64,000 bases of DNA from Eledone cirrhosa (lineage: Eukaryota), in assembly GCA_964016885.1 (NCBI GenBank), contig OZ024743.1, positions 287,308,001 to 287,372,000 on the forward strand. The letters are read 5' to 3'. The notes beneath the pieces were generated by a model. The model was not told where the DNA came from and ran no database searches. It saw only the letters and a list, made by a program, of their open reading frames with translations. The position numbers and the translations under genes were made by a program. Below are positions 1 through 11,079 of this stretch, piece by piece; positions within the stretch are counted from its first letter, which is position 1, and each line of letters begins with the position of its first letter.

Positions 1-449
1 GCCTGTGTGAGGAGCACGATGCTGCATGGTAGTGAGACATGAGCAGAGGATATGCGACGGCTGGAGAGAAATGAGGCAAGCATGCTTTGTTGGATGTGCA
101 ATGTCAATGTGCGTGAACGACCCAGCATGAATGTGTTGAGAGAGAAACTGTGTCTGAGAGGGATAGAATGTAGTGTGCGAGAGAGGAGACTGAGGTGGTA
201 TGGACATGTGATGCGCATGGAGGATGACCGATGAGTGAAGAAGTGCCAGGAAATGCCAGTTGAAGGAAGACATGGTAGAGGTAGACCACGAAAAACATGG
301 GCTGAGGTGGTGAGAACAGACCTCAGATCGCTGAAGCTCACGGATGAGATGACGAAGGACCGTGACAAGTGGAGAGATGCTGTGCTGAATAAGACCCGTC
401 CCACCCTTGCAAGCAGGAAAAAGCGGACGTAAAATGATGATGATGATGA
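1..449 (+). mobile_element. RTE-clade LINE 3' fragment (family B) with (TGA)n tail
   Basis: ORFs 52..234 and 235..432 are one frame split by a TGA and give the RTE C-terminus (RRLRWYGHVMRM...GRGRPRKTW...DRDKWR). Ends CCCTTGCAAGCAGGAAAAAGCGGACGTAAAA(TGA)n. Confidence 0.9.
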
Positions 450-1391
450 TATATGTGTATATATATGTGTATATATATATATGTGTGTATATATATGTGT
501 GTTTAGAAGAATGGTATTAGTACAGATGGACAACATAGTGATGGCCATGATGGAATCCATGGAGGCTATGGGGTTGGAAATAGAAATGAGGAAGGCTTCA
601 GAATCCTGGAATTCTGTGAAGCCTATAACCTAACTATCTGTAACACAAACTTCAAAAAATGTGAAAACCACTTGATCACCTATAGATCAGGGGAACACGC
701 CAGCCAGATAGATTATATCCTTACTAGAAGACGGGACAAAGTGTCTGTTGTAAACACTAAATCCCTCCCCCGTGAAGAATGCACCTCCCAACATAGCCTA
801 GTAGTTAGTGACCTCATAGTCAGGAATAGACGTACTCGACGACAGAGGTGGCCTATCTTGAGGAGAAAAATATGGAAGTTGAAGGACCCCATAGCCAGTG
901 ATAAATTTAAAAGCTTATTACTTGATGCCTTTGACAATAAGGAAGAGCAATTAGAGATGTGCGATATAGAGCAACAGTGGCAATTCTTGAAAGTGAACCT
1001 GCTGAAAGCAACGGATGAAATCTGTGGCTGGAACAGACCTATTAGCAGGAGGAGAGTAACTTGGTGGTGGAACAGTAAGGTAGAAGAGACAATCAAGGCC
1101 AAAAAGCAGGCTTGAAAAGTATGGCAGGATGGGGGGAAGTAGAGAGCACTATCAGGTGGCCAGGAGAGAAGCAAGGAGACAAGTGTACCTTGCAAAAAGG
1201 GAAGCAGAGGAAAGAAAGTTCAAGCATGTTCTACAACGTGAGGACCAAAAACGTGAGGTGTTCAGGATTGCTAGACAATGTGTGAAGGAAAACCGTGATA
1301 TTGTCGGGGAGAAGTGTGTCCGTAATGATAACGGTGTACTTGCCCTCACTGATGCTGATAAGAAGATATGGAAGTGTCACTACGAGAGACT

Positions 1392-1967
1392 TTTAGGATA
1401 TGTTAGTATCAGTGTATATATATTATTAAGAATGACAATAAATGCAGGTGAGTGTTGTGACATGGTTTTACTTCCCAGAAGTCAAATAAATTAATAGAAA
1501 TAATTTTTACCACATGTTGATGGTCAGTTGGTCACAACTCCCAGACTGGAGTGTGTAGAGAACAGGAATTTTCTCTTGGTAAGGTTCAAGTGTTTCTTTA
1601 GGCTGCCGGTGCAGGAAGTGAGACGGGAGTCATCTCTTGACAAGGTCTGAAGTGTTCTTGTTGTGGCGTAGGAAGTGAGACAGGAGTGATCTCTTGACAA
1701 GGTCTGAAGTGTTCTTGTTGTGGCGTAGGAAGTGAGACAGGAGTGATCTCTTGACAAGGTCTGAAGCGTTCTTCTTGTTGCAGTGTAGGAAGTGAGAGTG
1801 ATGCCTTGATTGTCCTCAAATATATAGTCCCCAGGGGGACGCAACTCCATTTAGTACATGGATCTGCCACTGGGAGTCGCAACCATCACAAAGGGATGCA
1901 ACTCCTATACGTATCTGCCACTGGGAGTCGCGACCGTCGCAAAGGGACGCAACTCCTATACGCTACA
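1392..1967 (-). mobile_element. Solo LTR (Gypsy-type termini) inserted in the RTE ORF
   Basis: 4-bp TSD GACT (1388-1391 and 1968-1971). Removing the insert restores GAG AGA CTA TTA AAT GAG (ERLLNE). Minus-strand termini are TGTAGCG...CCTAAA. Internal 57-bp and ~51-bp tandem repeats. Confidence 0.8.
1613..1797. repeat. 57-bp tandem repeat x3 inside the solo LTR
   Basis: AGGAAGTGAGA recurs at 1613, 1670, 1727 and 1787. Confidence 0.95.
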
Positions 1968-3921
1968 GACTATTAAATGAGGAGAATAAGTGGGAAAAAG
2001 ATAGACTTCCCCAAATCGATCCAATAGAAGGACAGCGGTGCAAGTTAAAGGTAGTATAATAAGTAAGGCAATCAAAGATATGAAGACAGGCAAGGCAGCT
2101 GGGCCTTCGGAGATAGTTGCTGAGATGTTGAAGGCATCTGAAATGGTGGGACATACTCTGGTCACCTGTATAGTTAACCAAGTAATACAGAATGGGGTCA
2201 TACCAAAAGACTGGTGTAGCAGCATTATCATTAACTTCTACAAGGGTAAAGGAGATGCTCTAGATAGAGGAAACTATAGAGGCATTAAGTTAGTTGACCA
2301 GGTCATGAAGGTCACAGAAAGAGTTATAGCGCAACTAATCAGAGAGCGAATTGATCTAGATGAAATGCAGTTTGGGTTTGAAGTACCACAGTTCAAAGTA
2401 CCACAGACGCTCTTTTCCTTGTACGACAACTACAAGAGAAGTACCTAGCTAAAAGTAAACCCCTCTACTTAGCTTTTGTAGACCTGGAGAAAGCCTTTGA
2501 CAGAGACCCCCGCTCCATTATCTGGTGGGCTCTTAGAAAACTAGGTGTAGATGAATGGCTTGTGAAAGCTATACAAGCTATGTATAATGAAACAGTCAGT
2601 AAGGTTAGAATTAACAATGAATATTGTGAAGAATTGAGTGTAAAAATTGGTGTTCACCAAGGCTCTGTCCTAAACCCCCTCCTATTTATTATTGCCCTTC
2701 AGGCTATAACAGAGGAGTTCAAGACCGGCTGCCCATGGGAACTCCTATACACAGATGATCTAATGCTCATAGCTGAATCAATAGCTGAACCAATAGCTGA
2801 ACTAGAGAAGAAAACATGGAAGCATGGCCTAGAATCAAAAGGCCTTAAAGTTAACTTGTCTAAGACTAAAGTCCTAGTTTGTAGAAAGGAAAATAAGGCA
2901 CAGGTACCCTCAGGGAAATGGCCATGCTCAGTGTGTAGGAAAGGAGTAGGCAGAAATTTAATTTTATGTCCAAAATGCTAAGTATGGGTACATAAAATAT
3001 GTAGTGGGATCACAGGTAAACTATCAAGAATGTAGGCTTTATATGTGGCCGATGCTCAGGTGCAATAGGTAGCAGGTGTCCACAGGATACTAGCTCCTTC
3101 TATTGCCCAGATGGTTCTATAGAAATAGTAGACACTTTCCGTTACCTGGGTGACGAAATCAGCAGTGGAGGAGGGTGTTCTGAAATGACAGTAGCCAGAG
3201 TCAGAAAGGGATGGAAAAAGTTCAGAGAGCTTATACCACTGTTGGCCACAAAAGGTTTCTCTCTAAAAATGAAAGGCAGATTGTATGATGCTTGTATATG
3301 AACAGCAATGCTACATGGCAGTGAGACATGGGCATTACGTGTAGAGGACCTGTGCAGACTGGAAAGGAACGAAGCATGCATGCTCCGTTAGATGTGTAAT
3401 AGTAATATACGTGAACGGCAAAGCATAAATGAACTAAGTGAGAAATTAGGAATAAGATGGATCAGATACTCTTTACTTGAGAGAAGACTACGTTGGTATG
3501 GCCACGTGATGCGCATGAATGACGACAGCTGTATAAAAAAGTGCAGGGCGATCAAAATTGATGGTAGTTACAGAGTAGGTAGACCCAGAAAAACCTGGGA
3601 CGATCTGATAAATTCCAACCTTACACACTTGCACCTCTGTAAGACAATGTCACTGGACCGAGATCTTTGGCGCTACGCAGTAATACAGAAGACCCGCCTT
3701 GCCTATGTACAAAGCGAAACCTACAGTCAGTAGGCACCTCTTAACCAAATATACACCACAATCCACTACCCCTACCCTATCCTCCCACTCCCACCAACAC
3801 CACCCTCTCTCTGTAAAGTTGGTACCACAATATCCAGTCCAAATAAATGAGATAATGAGATTGAGATCGTGTAGGTGTCACGAGAAAAAAACACAGTCCA
3901 CGCTGTAATGTGGCCGTGTAC

Positions 3922-4368
3922 AAATTTTGTTTCACTTTTTCCGTTTATCGTTTTCGGTGCACCCGGCCGATTAACCCACTCGATATGCAAATTGGGCTAC
4001 TCAGCCGTTAATAAGCATAAGGAAAGTATATACTTTCAGACGTTCAATCATCTGGCAGGAAGGTATACGTTGCTGACGATAGCTAATAAGCTTGAAACTA
4101 GTACAGCGTTCCTTTGTCAGTGTTGAACAAACGAGCAACGATGGCTGCTAGACACTACGGCTTAATGCGGGATGTTTGTTTACAAACACACCGAGCATTA
4201 TTATAAATGTTCGGTGAATCCATACGTGCATATATATATATGTGTGCATGTACGTATATATACATACTACTGTACGTCTGTATACATATATGTATGCACG
4301 TATACATGCTTATATTTAAGTAACAGCCGTACTAAGAGTGGGAAATGAAATTTCGTTTCATTTTTTCC

Positions 4369-4374
<6 letters not shown>
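3922..4374 (+). mobile_element. Retrozyme-like element X: 426-bp unit with 27-bp terminal redundancy and a hammerhead, ending in (TA)n
   Basis: AAATTTTGTTTCACTTTTTCCGTTTAT (3922-3948) recurs as AAATTTCGTTTCATTTTTTCCGTTTAT (4348-4374). A second copy lies inverted at 49257-49612. Confidence 0.75.
4042..4128 (+). ncRNA. Type I hammerhead ribozyme (minimal palindromic stem III)
   Basis: ACGUUG-CUGACGA(4073-4079)-U AGCU aaua AGCU U-GAAAC UA GUA(4103)-CAGCGU. Stem I is extended by GUUCAA/UUGAAC, CUGGCA/UGUCAG and GAAGG/CCUUU. Confidence 0.85.
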
Positions 4375-4404
<30 letters not shown>

Positions 4405-4407
<3 letters not shown>

Positions 4408-5341
4408 AAGCAAAGAAAATTTCAATGATACGAAAGATTTCCTGGTGGAAGTTCAGGTGTACTCAGGGTTGGTATCCAGTTTTGGGGTGAAAATCCAATT
4501 AGAAAATCTAACGAATTTTGAGAGGTCCACGTAAGCGTTGATATATAAATATGTATGTAAAATGTAAACAGAAATAACAACACATATACTAATGAACATG
4601 TGTTTTACATTAAACATAGAGGGATATCTGTAAATGATAATAACGATATTTAAATGTACATATCTCTATAAATGATAATAACGATATTTAAATGTACATA
4701 TCTCTATTGGTCTCATCATTTTTTCTTTCCTAGTGTGTAGCAACATGTGGTTGTGTGTTGCTGCTAACTCTAGCAGAGCCCAAGAAAACACATCTTGCCC
4801 TAACAGCCGCCGGATGAAAGAAGAGAATTAATATTTCATTTCAAAAATGTCAGCCTTGTAAATTGTTGATTCTAATTCTAGATTAATCTAATGTAATCTA
4901 ATCGTATTGAAGGAACCCCTCCCTGGTTGACGTCCACCACTTTCTTTTGTTTTTGGTCATGTCAGAGATATAGCCATACTCACCACGCTTGCCTGATTTT
5001 GATTTGGTGAAGCTATTTCAGCTGTTCTGTAGTATATCTGATATTTTACATTGAGCTAATTTTCTTACTGGTAATTGGGTAATACACAATATTACCCTTA
5101 TCTTATTTATAACTGTATATATATTATATATATAAGTATAAATATTATTATTATTATTATTATATATCAGGTTTAATAATAATATAAAGAAATCACCAGG
5201 AAAGCTTTTCTGATGATTTCTTTTGAATGAAACAGTTCTAGCCCTGTAGAAGCCATTTCTATATTAAACCTGATGGTTGCACTCTACTAATGTATTGAGT
5301 ACCTTACTTAGTGTGGTTACCCCCGATTGAACCTGGGACTC
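4405..5341. mobile_element. (TA)n-flanked non-coding insert(s), probably Penelope pLTR or retrozyme-derived
   Basis: Bounded by (TA)n on both sides. Contains a hammerhead-like fold at 5166-5274, a 38-bp tandem duplication near 4631-4706, and a 3' motif shared with 14812-14840. Confidence 0.5.
5166..5274 (+). ncRNA. Type I hammerhead-like fold (imperfect stems I and II)
   Basis: CUGAUGA 5210-5216, GAAAC 5229-5233, stem III ACAG/CUGU, GUA at 5246-5248, distal stem I AUCAGGUUUAAUA/UAUUAAACCUGAU. Confidence 0.6.
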
Positions 5342-5372
5342 ATATATATATATATATATATACACACGAGTC

Positions 5373-5414
<42 letters not shown>

Positions 5415-5469
5415 GAGTCCCATATATATGGAGGAGGTTATAGTTCACTTGAAGCATTGTGTAATGAGG

Positions 5470-5749
5470 TATAAACGTTTGTATATGTATAATAAACCCC
5501 AAACAATGCAGGTATGGACATAGAATAAAGAATGCAAATGCAAAAGATATTGTTGACAAGCTATTTAGAACATTGGTTTAACCGCTTTACTTCCCTCCGA
5601 AGAAGAGATATTATCTCGAAAATTAAGGACATTTAAATAAATCTAAGGTAAAAGACTAATTGTCAACAATATCTTTTGCATTTGCATTCTTTATTCTATG
5701 TCCATACCTGCATTTTTTTGGCTTTATTATACATATACAAACGTTTATA
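5470..5749. repeat. Fold-back inverted repeat (~90-bp arms, 100-bp spacer) between (TA)n tracts
   Basis: 5470-5559 is the near-perfect reverse complement of 5660-5749. Confidence 0.9.
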
Positions 5750-5839
5750 TATATATATATATGAGTTCTATATATATATATATTTCGTTTTTGAATTTGT
5801 TTTGCAAGATTTCTTATCTGAAAACGTGTGTTGAAACAG

Positions 5840-6102
5840 ATATTGTTATACTTTGGGAGGGTCATGCTGCCAATAAAAACACACGCACCTGTTGGTTTTC
5901 ACTTCGGTTTATTATAAATTTCCGGTTGGTTGGTTGGTTTGATAACTGGATGGTTGTTTATATATTGTCAAAGCTCTTTCGACACACATTCTGTGACCTC
6001 CTCAGTGACTAGGTTTCTATTTTGTGTCTCTCCTTTTTTCTGTCCTACACCATCTTGTTTTTGTGTTGTGTGTTTATTGGCAGCATGACCCTCCCAAAGT
6101 AT

Positions 6103-6110
<8 letters not shown>
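5840..6110. repeat. Inverted repeat with 38-bp perfect arms, ending in (TA)n
   Basis: ATATTGTTATACTTTGGGAGGGTCATGCTGCCAATAAA at 5840-5877 is inverted at 6073-6110. Confidence 0.9.
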
Positions 6111-6181
<71 letters not shown>

Positions 6182-6646
6182 TAATTCTCTACTTAGTTAC
6201 GGTACTAATACTGTGTTAGCTAATATGTCATAGCTACAGTTTCTTTTGTGATACATGGATAGACAATGCTACTATTATTATACTGATGTTTGTAATGCTA
6301 ATAATCTATAATATTATTCTGCTTGCCGTGGCTGATGTCTGAGCATTACACTTTAAACAAACTTAACTATGAAATGAAATGGAAGATATAATCAAAATCT
6401 TTAATGTAATGAAACAATGTTATGAAGATCCATAATTTATGCATCAAAATAGAAATAAAAACATTTATAAAATGTGGAATTTCCATGGCTCCTGCTAGTA
6501 ACAATTATTAAGCATTAAAGTCTCCGATTGATACTCAACATAAAATTCAATTTCCTTGGTATAGAAGATTATGTTTGATGAGTTTAGTGTGAACTGGGAT
6601 GTTACTTATTAGCTATTATAAATATGTTACAGGTTTCTCCTGGGAT

Positions 6647-6762
6647 GTTTAGGCTATATCACACTGAAAATACCAGTTCTTGTCTGATCACCAAAGTTAA
6701 GCAGCATCAACATGGTTTGTATTTAGATGGGTGACTGCTCAGGAAACTTAGGAACTGTAAGC
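6647..6762 (+). pseudogene. 5S rRNA-derived sequence (head of a composite SINE)
   Basis: Collinear with eukaryotic 5S rRNA over ~116 nt (CTGAAAATACCAGTTCTTGTCTGATCACCAAAGTTAAGCAGC...TTAGATGGGTGACTGC), with many CpG-decay changes. Confidence 0.85.
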
Positions 6763-7106
6763 AAGCATCTTTTAATGAAGGCGCATTGCTTAGTGGCTAG
6801 AGAGTTAGATTGTGAGTTTGATTCCTTGGCCAGGTATCTGAGCAAGGCACTTTATTTCATATTGCTCCAGTTTACTCAGCTGTAGAAATGAATTGTGACA
6901 TTACTGGTTTTAAGCTGTATCAACCTTTGCCTTTCCTTTGGACAATCAGTGGCATGGAAATGAGAGACTGGTATGCAGGAGTGACTTCTGGTCTTCCATA
7001 AAAACACCTTGCCCTGAACTTGTGCCTCAGAGGGAAATTTTCTAGGTACAAATCCTATGGTCATTCAGGAACGAAGGTGGAGGGGAGGGGGAAAGGGTCT
7101 TTACCC
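6647..7106 (+). mobile_element. Composite 5S + tRNA-derived SINE with 13-bp TSD
   Basis: TTTCTCCTGGGAT at 6634-6646 and 7107-7119 flanks the 5S head plus a tRNA-SINE. The SINE has an A-box-like TTGCTTAGTGG, a B-box-like GAGTTTGATTCC, the core TGAGCAAGGCACTTTATTTCA and a TTTACC tail. Confidence 0.8.
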
Positions 7107-7177
7107 TTTCTCCTGGGATACAAAACTTTAACTTTCAATCCAGTAAGAGTTGTCATCTTTTGATATCATTATTTGTG

Positions 7178-7361
7178 GATTGGCAGTATCAGTAGAGGTT
7201 CAGACGCTATGCTTTGCAACAAAGAGTTACGGCCCTTTATGGTCTGAGTTCAAATCCCGCCGAGGTTAACTTTGCCTTTCATCCTTACAGGGTCGATAAA
7301 ATAAAGTATCAGTAATACACTGGGTAATTGCTGGCCTTGTGCCAAAAGTAGAAACAATTAT
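7178..7361 (+). mobile_element. Abundant short SINE family (other copies e.g. 9066-9190, 49857-50245 tandem pair, 53295-53525, 54090-54270, 59735-59940)
   Basis: The consensus CTGAGTTCAAATCCCGCCGAGGTTAACTTTGCCTTTCATCC...GGGTCGATAAAATAAAGTACCAGT...GCTGGCCTTGTGCCAAAAGTAGAAACAATTA recurs in both orientations. Confidence 0.8.
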
Positions 7362-10300
7362 TTGTTTGTCAACCAGATAAAAACCAAAGTCATATTTCTG
7401 ATGAGGATTTAGCTTATCTCCAGTTTGGATTTAGAACTCATTAAAAATACAACAATTACTCATTTCCTTAGATGTCAAAAGCAATGAAGATGTAGCAAAA
7501 TCGTTGATGGGTTAAATTTTCTATGTTTATGAAAATGCCCTGTGTCTACAACCCAGACTAAATAACCTTGATGTCATTGCCAAAAATAGCCATGATGACA
7601 CTTAAGGGTATATTAAGTCCAACTCAACTCAGTTTTGCTTTTTGGTCTGAGACTTCCGGCAGTCAATGCTGGCTGTAGCTGTCTGGTCATCCCAACTGGT
7701 TTCTACAGCCAGGCCATCATCATGAGAGGCCTTCACCAATGGGGAGTAGCAAATGTGCATCGTCAAATTCATGCATTTGCTCTCTTCTACTTCTTCACCT
7801 AATGCAAATACACAATCTGTATGCCTGCATTTAATCTACCTTACAAATTCTACCACATCTAAACACATCACAATAAAATACTCTCTTTCATGTTTATTCT
7901 TTTAGTTATTTCAAACTGTTACCTGTTCCTGTTGTGTAATTGTTTGCCACATGATTTCATTACATTTCATTGAAGAAACAAAAACATTTAAATTTGCAGT
8001 TTTGTTTCTTTGTTGGTCCTGAGTTTTAATATTTTGGGGAGATTGCTTTCCCTCACCTGAATCACACATCAATCACATAACTACCAAAACGGCAAATACC
8101 AACACCAAACCAAACAACTATGCTGAAACATATAAACTTCACTATTTTCATTTTTACATTGAAAAGAGGGTGCTAACTTTGAAATATTATGTTGAAATAT
8201 ACTGAGTAAAAACATTACTTTGTTTTGTTTTATTTGTCATCCTTGGCTCTTTCTATATTTCTACCGAATTGTGCCAGCTTTCTGAAACTTATCAGTCATT
8301 TATTACATCTCTATACTACTTTATATAAACTTCAGTTTATATAAAGTCTAGTAGAGCATTATTTGGCCTGTCAACAATGGTGTGGTTTTGTCTCCAGCAG
8401 TCAATACACAGAATGTATCTACAACAGCTTGCTTGCCAGTCTCTCATATGTTTTTGATCACAGACAACTAACTGACTCTGCTAAACAAAAATAATTATTT
8501 ACCTGCTAAATGATGACTTGGTTGGAATACCAAATGCTTGTATTTTTTCTCAACAAAAATATTCTGCATATCATGTACCATGCATACACATATAACATGC
8601 TATTTCAATCCCACAAACTCCAACTGTTGAACATTGATTTCTGTGAACTTTTGCATATAAAAAATTTGCTACTTTTCTAAAAAAAAAAAAAAGCATACTG
8701 CACATCACGCATTCATTTATAATATGCTATATCAATACAACTTTTGAACATTGTCTTTTGTGAAGTCTTCTGATTAGTTGATTAGTTGTAATCAATTCTA
8801 TTATTATTTTGAAGATATAGAAATACAATTATGCTGCCCTATTTTGTTGTATTTTAATGTATTGTGTTCATTCTTGATATGTTGTATCCAGCCTTCATTT
8901 AGCACATTCTCAACTCACTTGCCTCAATCACAACATAACATCTTTTCACATATATTATCTTTAATCAGAACCAAGATCCAATGGCAAGGTAAACCCAAGA
9001 TGATTGTAGTAACCTAAGCTGAAACTAAACATTTCAATAAAATCAAGTGCAGAGTCATTAGAACATCAGATAGAGTGCTTTGTGGTATTCATTCTGGATC
9101 TCTGAGTTCCAATCCTGCTGAGGTAAATTTTGCTTTTCATCTTTTTAATATTGATAAAAAAAAGTACCAGTATAGTACTGGGGTTGGTTCTTTCTCTATA
9201 TCTCTTTCTCACTTCCTCTCTCTCACTTTTTACCCTTCTTTGAAATAAATTTGCTGAACTCAGGCCTGGAGAGGGATGGGCTCCACCAGGCTTAAAATGC
9301 CCAAGAAATGACATATGACAATACAGTGCCCCTATTACTCCATAAAGAGTTATGGGACCATGCCATATAATTGGACCAATCAGAGAGCAGTATTTCTCAG
9401 TCATATATTGGCTATATAAAGTGGAACTCATTGCTCAATTTTTTTCTCAGATAAATGCAGCTATAACAACCTGTTTACTCCCCTAGCTTTCCAACTAGAA
9501 CTAAGCTAAAATAGGACCTGGAAGAATATACTTTTGTTTCAGCTAGTTGCAATTCAGTTACACAAGATATCGATTTACTGTATCTCTATTCTATGAGGTT
9601 ACTAGACCACATTTTTAGAATTTTGTATCTTTTTACCTCAGCAATGTTTTGTGTTCCTACTATATGTGAGAAACAAAATTATTTTATATCAAGATCATAT
9701 GTATAATGCTACTTCTACTAGTTAACTGAAACCATTTAAAAAAAATCAATTGTTATAATAATTGTAATTGAAAAATGTTACTTTTTTTTGCAAGAATTCT
9801 TTTCCCATTCAAACTTGCATTTTAAAAACTTTTTGAAGTAAATACATGCTGTTTAATCACGCTGTGTTGTCATGCCACACAGGCTGATACCAGTCAACCT
9901 TTGGTAGTACTTCTCTTTTCCTGTAACTCCTGATGGAGTTGTAGGGGCATCATATTGACATCTCATCAGATTTGGATACAGTAGATTTCTTCCAGAGAAC
10001 GATAGAGAGTGTCAGAATAGAAGTGAGAAAGAGATATTGAGGAAGAATAGACCCCCCCCCCCCAGTACTTACTGGTACTTTTTTATATCAACCTAGAATG
10101 GATAAAAGAGAAAGTTGGACTTGGCAGGACTTGAACTCAGAGAGCAGAGAGCTGAAATGAACACTGCAAAGCATTCTATCCAATGTTCTAAAAACTTTTC
10201 CAATTTGCTGTATATTTTGGTAGTACACAGAACATAATAAAACACTTATATATAATATATCTATAGATTTTAGTCGACAAAGTACGTAATAAATAGATAT

Positions 10301-11079
10301 AAAGACCTCGTCTTTGTGTACAATATCACCAGTGATATATATAATATATTGTTTCCTCTTATATCCATATTTTCTACATTGGTGATCCCAGCCTTTTGAT
10401 CAAACAACCATTTATCTGATAAATACCTACAAATACTTCTAAATTCATGTTCAACTTTCTGCTATCACCACAATTACTCAAACTTTGACAGATTTTTAGT
10501 CAACCATTAGCTTAAAGCTTCCAGCCTAACATAGTACAGTATAGTTATTTTGCTGCCTCACCATCCGAAACCTTCTTTTGTAGTTTATTTGGATAATTAT
10601 TTGGTTTTCACTAAAACAGGTTTCATTTGAACGAGACAACAATTTGCCATATTTCTATTCCACTAGGTAATCAGACCACATATGTTGAATGACTCTTCTT
10701 TATATCTCAGCAACATTTCCTGTTCACACTGCTCATGTGACACAGAAATTACATTATTTAAAAAACATGTATATAATATTAAACATCTACAAGACGTTAT
10801 CTAAAAACTTGTTTCATTTTTGTTAAAAGTTGTAAGTGGAGGGCTAACCTCTGATGGTACTCAGAACTTATGTGTATATAGTTTATTGTTATATCTTTCA
10901 TTCCCATTTCCTACATGTATGTTTGTTTGGTTTCATGCCTGGAAAAAGTACTTAGATGCTCTCCTTTTAGTAAGGCAACTACAAGAGAAGTTCTTAGCCA
11001 TAAATAAGCCACTATACCTAGCTTTCATTGACCTAAAAAAAAACGTTTGACAGAGTACCCCAATCTATTATTTGGTGGT

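Larger units (their letters stand above)
507..3920 (+). pseudogene. Degenerate RTE LINE (family A): APE C-terminus, RT, PHD-like finger, part of 3' UTR; interrupted by a solo LTR
   Basis: Fragment ORFs 672..1115, 1129..1494, 2038..2448, 2562..2981 and 3392..3733 are collinear with and very similar to the intact ORF at 11477..13858. Stops and frameshifts are present, and YADD reads YTDD. Confidence 0.92.

Noticed and set aside
1613-1797. Regular repeats resembling a CRISPR array
   Set aside because: The 57-bp units are head-to-tail with no unique spacers, there are no cas genes, and the context is a eukaryotic LTR.
5591-5630. Hammerhead-like CCGAAGA...GAAAATTA
   Set aside because: It has a U4C change, an extra base before stem II and only a 3-bp stem I. 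Treated as a possible relic and not called.
6647-6762. Functional 5S rRNA gene
   Set aside because: It has many substitutions, is a single copy, and lies with a SINE inside a TSD.
8050-10800. Possible hAT transposase or PLE RT relics
   Set aside because: Only scattered weak motifs are visible, which cannot be supported without a profile search.
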